Shown: positions 57,226-64,000 of the stretch, piece after piece
Layout: each line of letters starts with the position of its first letter
Numbering within the stretch: position 1 is the stretch's first letter
DNA from: Chrysomallon squamiferum
Lineage: Eukaryota > Animalia > Mollusca
NCBI GenBank assembly: GCA_012295275.1
Contig: CM022673.1
Location: 12,462,001 to 12,526,000 of the forward strand
Direction: 5' to 3'
Length of the DNA: 64,000 nucleotides
The notes under the pieces: generated by a model
What the model was told of the DNA's origin: nothing
Seen by the model: the letters and a program-made list of their open reading frames with translations, nothing else
The model's database searches: none
Program-made: the position numbers and the translations under genes

Positions 57226-58893
57226 GTTGTTGTTGTTATCATCGCTATCATTATCACCATCATTATTATTATTTACTTATATATTTTGAAGAAGAAAGAG
57301 ATAAGAAAAATATGAAATGTAGCTTACCAATTTGGAAGGGGGGGGACAGAGAGAGAGAGAGAATTGATTCCCTCTTATTAGGATATTTTGGCATTGAATT
57401 TAAAGAGTTTTATCACAGAAAAAGAAGTGCCAATGCACCAATCTTCCAAACTGTTATTTTATTACCGTAATTTATTAATATCGGTTTAATTTTATTTATC
57501 AAGAAAGTTCATAATCAGTTACCTAGCATTCGTGTAACGGATGCAGAAAGAAATTATGGAATAAGAAAAATTCACGTGTCTTAGCGTGGCCTCCAAAGCG
57601 ATAATTATAATAACATTATATTTATTTCAGGTAAAATAACAGTTAATTAATGACGTCTTCGTAAATGAAATATCTATCTATTTTTGTTTCAGTAATTAAA
57701 ACAAAATCTTGAGATATGAAATATTTTGTTATAAATTTATATATAAAAAAAGTATATTTGTTTGGCATTTGGAGTGAATAAAATAAAGAGAAAGAGAAAG
57801 ATAAGGAGGATCTCAGAGAGAGAGAGAGAGTATACTGTAATTTTGTGTGTGTATCACACTATGGAGATATTTGCAGTGCAGTGATTACAAAAGTAATTAA
57901 TTTTAAATTCTTAATGAGATATGTACATAGGGCATTGACTTTATAATAGCAGCTGCCTCAGTTTTCAGTTCAATGTATTCTGTCCAGTTTAGTATTCCAG
58001 AATAAATTGTAATAATAAATCTTTGCATGTGTTTTTCTGTATTTGGAATAGTGTATTTATAGGATTCCATGTTGGTAATTAATTAAAAAGTATGACTGAT
58101 ACAGTGATTTAAACAAATATTAAAAAATTATTATTAACCTCCATAGAACATGTCACATTTTTGATACCACAGAATTCTGTACTTTCTATTACTAAAATAT
58201 TCACTCAGTTAGTTTACATGTATGTAGGTATGTATGGATGCTTGTGTGCATATGTCTGTGTGTGTTAGTGCATGTCTGTGTGTATTCTAACAGTAGAATG
58301 GTATGCTTGCTTTACATTTTTTTTTCTTCTTCTTCTTTTTGTATGCAAGAATTCGTTCAAGAACACTGAGAATAATTTATAAGGGTATTATGACTGACAG
58401 TCCACTTCTGTTATACAGTGTTTTTTTCCCAACGCTATTTTCATAGTTCTCACACGCAGTTGTCCTCACCAAACTGGAACTACTCTTTCAAGCCGCATGA
58501 CATTCATTCACTCGCTGTATTGTTTATGTGTCGAGTCACCACAGTTGTGATTGTCAATTCTCTTTATGGTTTTAATTTTAAAATGTTTATGTCTAATTAT
58601 TTACGTATTTAGATGCCCTGTACCAGAAAACTGGAAAATCCAGAAATCCGAAATGCCTCAGGACCCAAGGAGTCTGGATAATTGGTTTGATACCTGTAGC
58701 TCAAATACAGAAACATTTCCTTCAGCTGTTGCCACAAGAAGAAGATATAGAGAGAAAAGTCTTGCATACAGCTTTGAAATACAGTTTCTCTCTCTTTCTC
58801 TCTCTCTCTCTCTTCTCTCTCTCTCTTAAAATATATAGTGATAACTAAGAATTAAATATGTAAAGAAGTAAATTTAATAACAACAAAACCAAA

Positions 58894-59487
58894 TCAACAT
58901 TTGACACATACTTTCAGTTTAGGGCATTTTGTTTCCATTTCCTTCTGTTTTATTAACTTCGCCAGATCATCGTGTTTCCTCAAAAGTCGTCTCATTTTTT
59001 GAACTGCGTCCCACAACCCGAGTCGCTTGACAAATTCGATGGCAATCAAAATTTGTTTGTCTCGGTTTTCGTTCAGATCTGCGCTGCACGCACTCGCGAG
59101 GTCAGCAGCGTCGTCGTTCTTTAGAACACTGGCTCTTTTTCTCACAACCTCGTTATCGCCCTCATCCACATCAACAACGATGCCACGGCAACTGTCAAGG
59201 GAGAATGGTTTTCTCTTCCTAGAAGATCTTTCTCTATCGTTTGTCTGTTTGTTGGCTTCTGCAGACTCTTCAAAAACGATTTTCTTACACAAAGCACTGT
59301 TGCTACGGGTAAACGTTTCCCGTATTTCTTTCTCGAAGTTTCTCTTCTTCTTGTTGTACCGACGTGGATCTGAGACAATGCAAATGTTGTTCTGAAAGGA
59401 AGAGGACAGAAGTTTCATCTCCAGTTCTTTATCATTTGCGGTTTGCGGGACGATCCCGTCTGATGAAACACACTCGTCAGCAGTCAT
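58894..59487 (-). CDS. Unrecognised basic/charged 197-aa protein, copy A
   Basis: Non-repetitive ORF, richer in GC than its surroundings and preserved in both duplicates. It is preceded by an acceptor at 59540-59539, a GTGAGT donor at 60392, and Inr- and TATA-like elements. No family recognised. Confidence 0.65.
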   Translation of the reverse strand: MTADECVSSDGIVPQTANDKELEMKLLSSSFQNNICIVSDPRRYNKKKRNFEKEIRETFTRSNSALCKKIVFEESAEANKQTNDRERSSRKRKPFSLDSCRGIVVDVDEGDNEVVRKRASVLKNDDAADLASACSADLNENRDKQILIAIEFVKRLGLWDAVQKMRRLLRKHDDLAKLIKQKEMETKCPKLKVCVKC

Positions 59488-60392
59488 TTCTTTTTACGTA
59501 ATGTGAAGGGTGCAATATTTCAGCCTTAAACAACTTTTCTGAAATGGAGAATACAAACAAATTATTTGATAATCAAGCAGTTAAGAAGAAAAATTGGCAT
59601 TTGACAAAACCGACAAGCTAAAGTGAATTTAAATGGTTTTATATGACCTTGTAAAATCTGCACTAGCCTAAAAAAAACCTGTTGGGAAAATATCGTGTTA
59701 GCAGGACACAGAGCTAAACTCCACTATTATTAGTTATTTTAAATTTTCTTCACGTCACGACTGTTTGGAATCGACATATTTTGTCCTGAAATCCGGAAAG
59801 ACCAGAAAACCGGAACTACTATTTCAAGCCGCATGGCGTTCATTAACCTTCCGTATTGTTTAGGTTTCGAGTCGCCACAGTTGTGATCATCAATTTTCTT
59901 TATGTTTTTAATTTTAAAATGTTTATGCCTAATTATTTTAGTTTTAAGAGGCCTTGGTACCAGAAAACCGGAAAATCCAGAAATCCGGAATGCCCCAGGC
60001 CCCAAGGAGTCCGGATAATTGGTCCGGTACCTGTATATATATATTTAAATTTTACAGACTTAAATAACTTAAATTACTATAGAGGATCTACGGTGTTATC
60101 TTTAAGAACATTTCTGCTCCTATTAAAACGTCGTTTGTCTGTTTTAAGATTCTGTAGATTCTTTTTTACTGAGATTGTCACAAACTCTAGATCTGGATTC
60201 AAAACAACTATCTATTACATAACTTCGTATATATTTGACTCAGTATATGTTATACGTAAATACATATTTTACTCGCACTTAGACATAGCAATGTGAATTA
60301 AATTAATATGATTCCTAATAAAACTAATAAAATCTAACTGTCACTTAAGATTTTTTTTTATGAGTTAACGAAATTAATTTAAAGTAACTCAC

Positions 60393-60446
60393 CAAGCGGA
60401 GACGTGAAGCACACTGATCAAATTTTCTTTTTCTTTCTTACTTATA
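60393..60446 (-). promoter_or_regulatory. TATA box, initiator and short non-coding first exon of orphan copy A
   Basis: Minus strand: TATAAG at 60446-60441, TCAGT at 60417-60413 (about 30 nt downstream), then TTG|GTGAGT at 60393/60392. Confidence 0.55.
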
Positions 60447-61815
60447 GTCATATCTACGATCAAATACTTTCCGTATCCGATCTGCCCCACCTATCTCTTT
60501 GTTTTAGACAGGATGTTCATTGATATTAATAATAAATGCGTAATAAAGGTGTGTACTAGTTGGTTACAATATATAATAATTTTAATGCAGAATCAACGTG
60601 TTCAACTTTTAAAATAATAATAATAATAATAAGACTGTTTAGAATAGATATATTTAAGACGGGAATTTAGATGTTGTTTCTAAATAGATTTTTGTTTTAT
60701 GTGTGTAATACGTGTGTATGTGTTCGTACACAGAAATATCCCTTACATACTGAGCATGGTCAACTTTGCAAGAATTGATTCTCTCTGATTAGGATATTTT
60801 GGCATTGAATGTAAAGAATTTTATCACTGAAAAAGAAGTGCCAATACACCAATCTTCCAAACTGTTATTTTATCACAGTAAATAATTAATATCGTTTTAA
60901 TTTTACTTATCAAGAAAGTTCATAATCAGTTACCTAGCATTCGCGTAACGGATGCAGAAAGAAATTATGGAATAAGAAAAATTCACGTGTCTTAGCGTGG
61001 CCTCCAAATTATATTTATTTCAGGTAAAATAACAGTTAATTAATGACGTCTTCGTAAATGAAATATTATCTATTTTTATTTCAGTAATTAAAACAAAATC
61101 TTCAGAGATATGAAATATTTTGTTATAAATTTATATATATAAAAAAAAGTATATTTGTTTGGCATTTGGAGTGAATAAAATATAGAGAAAGAGAAAGATA
61201 AGGAGGATCTCAGAGAGAGAGAGAGAGTATACTGTAATTTTGTGTGTGTATCACACTATGGAGATATTTGCAGTGCAGTGATTACAAAAGTAATTAATTT
61301 TAAATTCTTAATGAGATATGTACATAGGGCATTGACTTTATAATAGCAGCTGCCTCAGTTTTCAGTTCAATGTATTCTGTCCAGTTTAGTATTCCAGAAT
61401 AAATTGTAATAATAAATCTTTGCATGTGTTTTTCTGTATCTGGAGTAGTGTATTTATAGGATTCCATATTGGTAATTAATTAATAAGTATAACTGATACA
61501 GTGATTTAAACAAATATTAAAAGATTATTATTAACCTCCATAGAACGTGTCGCATGTTTGATACCACAGAATTCTGTACTTTCTATTGCTAAAATATTCA
61601 CTCAGTTAGTTTACATGTATGTAGGTATGTATGGATGCTTGCGTGCATATGTCTGTGTGTGTTAGTGCATGTCTGTGTGTATTCTAACAGTAGAAAGGTA
61701 TGCTTGCTTTACCATTTTTTTTCTTCTTCTTCTTCTTTTTGTATGCAAGAATTCATTCAAGAACATTATGAATAATTTATAAGGGTATTATGTCTGACAG
61801 TCCACTTCTGTTATA

Positions 61816-62118
61816 CAGGTACCGGACGAATTTTCATAGTTTGCCAGAAAACTGGTAAGTGTTTTTTTCCACATTTTCATAGTTCTCAACCAAACCGGAA
61901 CTACTCTTTCAAGCCACATGACATTCATTCACTCACCACATTGTTTATGTGTCGAATTGTCACAGTTGTGATCGTCAATTCTCTTTATGGTTTTAATTTT
62001 AAAATGTTTATGGCTAATTATTTACGTATTTAGATGCCCTGGTACAAGAAAACCGGAAAATCCAGAAATCCGAAATGCCTAAGGACCCAAGGAGTCTGGA
62101 TAATTGGTCTGATACCTG
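61816..62118. mobile_element. MITE with CAGGTACCGGAC(C/G)AATT-type terminal inverted repeats and TA flanks
   Basis: Starts ta-caggtaccggacgaatt and ends aattggtctgatacctg-ta. Related partial copies at about 58470-58698, 59805-60033 (ending aattggtccggtacctg-ta) and 63357-63577. Confidence 0.7.
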
Positions 62119-62195
62119 TAGCTCAAATACAGGAAAATTTCCTTCGGCAGTTGCCACAAGGAGAAGATATATAGAGAAAAGTTCTGCATTGAAAT

Positions 62196-62307
<112 letters not shown>

Positions 62308-62549
62308 TATATAGTGATAACTAAGAATTAAATAGGTAAAGAAGTAAATTTAATAACAACAAAACCAAATCAACATTTGACACATACTTTCAGTTTAGGG
62401 CATAAGTCAATATGAAAACCTATTGTAATTTGACTGTCTTCTAAATATTATGTTTTAATCCAACTTAACAAAATATAGTTGAATTATTGTTGTTATTTTC
62501 TTTTAATAACTATTCATTTTAATGTTTGTACATTTTAATCAGCAACTCT

Positions 62550-63149
62550 TCAGCTTTCCGTGTTGATGCACCTGGTTTGAAAAAAGTATTTTGTTTCCAT
62601 TTCCTTCTGTTCTATTAACTTCGCCAGATCATCGTGTTTCCTCAAAAGTCGTCTAATTTTTTGAACAGCGTCCCACAACCCGAGTCGCTTGACAAATTCG
62701 ATGGCAATCAAAATTTGTTTGTCTCGGTTTTCGTTCAGATCTGCGCTGCACGCACTCGCGAGGTCAGCAGCATCGTCGTTCTTTAGAACAGTGGCTCTTT
62801 TTCTCGCGACCTCGTTATCGCCCTCATCCACATCAACAACGATGCCACGGCAACTGTCAAGCGAGAATGGTTTTCTCTTCCTAGAAGATCTTTCATTATC
62901 GTTTATCTGTTTGTTGGCTTCTGCAGACTCTTCAAAAACGATTTTCTTACACAAAGCACTGTTGCTACGGGTAAACGTTTCCCGTATTTCTTTCTCGAAG
63001 TTTCTCTTCTTCTTGTTGTACCGACGTGGATCTGAGACAATGCAAATGTTGTTCTGAAAGGAAGAGGACAGAAGTTTCATCTCCAGTTCTTTATCATTTG
63101 CGTTTTGCGGGACGATCCCGTCTGATGAAACATACTCGTCAGCAGTCAT
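62550..63149 (-). CDS. Unrecognised basic/charged 199-aa protein, copy B
   Basis: Paralogue of 58894-59487 with a different C-terminal end. Same acceptor (63202-63201), donor (63928), Inr and TATA arrangement. Confidence 0.65.
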   Translation of the reverse strand: MTADEYVSSDGIVPQNANDKELEMKLLSSSFQNNICIVSDPRRYNKKKRNFEKEIRETFTRSNSALCKKIVFEESAEANKQINDNERSSRKRKPFSLDSCRGIVVDVDEGDNEVARKRATVLKNDDAADLASACSADLNENRDKQILIAIEFVKRLGLWDAVQKIRRLLRKHDDLAKLIEQKEMETKYFFQTRCINTES

Positions 63150-63928
63150 TTCTTTTTACGTAATGTGAAGGGTGCAATATTTCAGCCTTAAACAACTTTT
63201 CTGAAATGGAGAAATACAAACAAAAAAATTAGTTGATAATCAAGCAGTTAAGAAGAAAAATTGGCATTTGACAAACTCGAAAAGCTAAAGTGGATTTAAA
63301 TGGTTTTATATGATCTTGTAAAATCTGTTGGAAAAATATCGTGTTAGCAGGACACAGAACTACTATTTCAAGCCGCATGGCGTTCATTCACCTTCCGTAT
63401 TGTTTAGGTTTCGAGTCGCCACAGTTGTGATCATCAATTTTCTTTATGTTTTTAATTTTAAAATGTATATGCCTAATTATTTTAGTTTTAAGAGGCCTTG
63501 GTACCAGAAAACCGGAAAATCCAGAAATCCGGAATGCCCCAGGCCCCAAGGAGTCCGGATAATTGGTCCGGTATCTGTATATATATATTTAAATTTTACA
63601 GACTTAAATAACTTAAATTACTATAGAGGATATACGGTGTTATCTTTAAGAAATTTTCTGTTCCTATTAAAACGTCGTTTGTCTGTTTTAAGATTCTGTA
63701 GATTCTTTTTTACTCAGATTGTCACAAACTCTAGATCTGGATTCAAGACAACTATCTATTACATAACTTCGTATATATTTGACTCAGTATATGTTATACG
63801 TAAATATATATTTTACTCGCACTTAGACATAGCAATGTGAATTAAATTAATATGATTCCTAATAAAACTAATAAAATCTGTCACATAAGATTTTTTTAAG
63901 TTAACGAAATTAATTTAAAGTAACTCAC

Positions 63929-63982
63929 CAAGCGGAGACGTGAAGCACACTGATCAAATTTTATTTTTATTTCTTACTTATA
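63929..63982 (-). promoter_or_regulatory. TATA box, initiator and short non-coding first exon of orphan copy B
   Basis: TATAAG 63982-63977, TCAGT 63953-63949, donor TTG|GTGAGT at 63929/63928. Confidence 0.55.
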
Positions 63983-64000
63983 GTCATATCTACGATCAAA

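Noticed and set aside
59856-60296. 146-aa and 170-aa + strand ORFs (59856-60296, 63328-63840) and 122-aa antisense ORFs
   Set aside because: They span MITE and intron sequence or mirror the orphan ORF; they are shared only because the duplication is recent.

Overview
AT-rich, microsatellite-laden animal genomic DNA with spliceosomal introns. It is an invertebrate, plausibly a mollusc (inference from repeat style only). Most entries in the ORF track are microsatellite artefacts, so I assembled genes by hand from splice sites and reading-frame continuity. (1) 1-29521 (+): the 5'-truncated remainder (26 exons, about 2900 codons) of a giant polycystin-1/REJ-like surface protein. Its order is an 11-aa Ser-rich mucin-like array, DC-x-G-x-C-x-G Cys repeats, IPT/Ig-like modules, a REJ module, a furin-like site, a GAIN/GPS with an intact HL|T, one transmembrane helix and a 21-aa tail with NKVYP. 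There is no PLAT or channel region. (2) 34439-38973 (+): an intact cathepsin L-like gene whose catalytic Cys and His are both replaced (Ser, Leu), so a pseudoprotease. (3) 39501-43757 (-): TRMT12/TYW2, with a GC-AG intron and a repeat-expanded loop. (4) 45391-48243 (-): CISD3, head-to-head with (5) 48564-55741 (+): SPAG6. (6) 57361-64000: a recent ~3.4 kb tandem duplication. Each unit carries an unrecognised basic 197/199-aa gene with TATA, Inr and a non-coding first exon, plus MITE copies. Single-base frameshifts occur in three otherwise intact genes and probably reflect assembly error. The best candidates for something undescribed are the single-pass GAIN/GPS REJ receptor and the neighbouring dead cathepsin.
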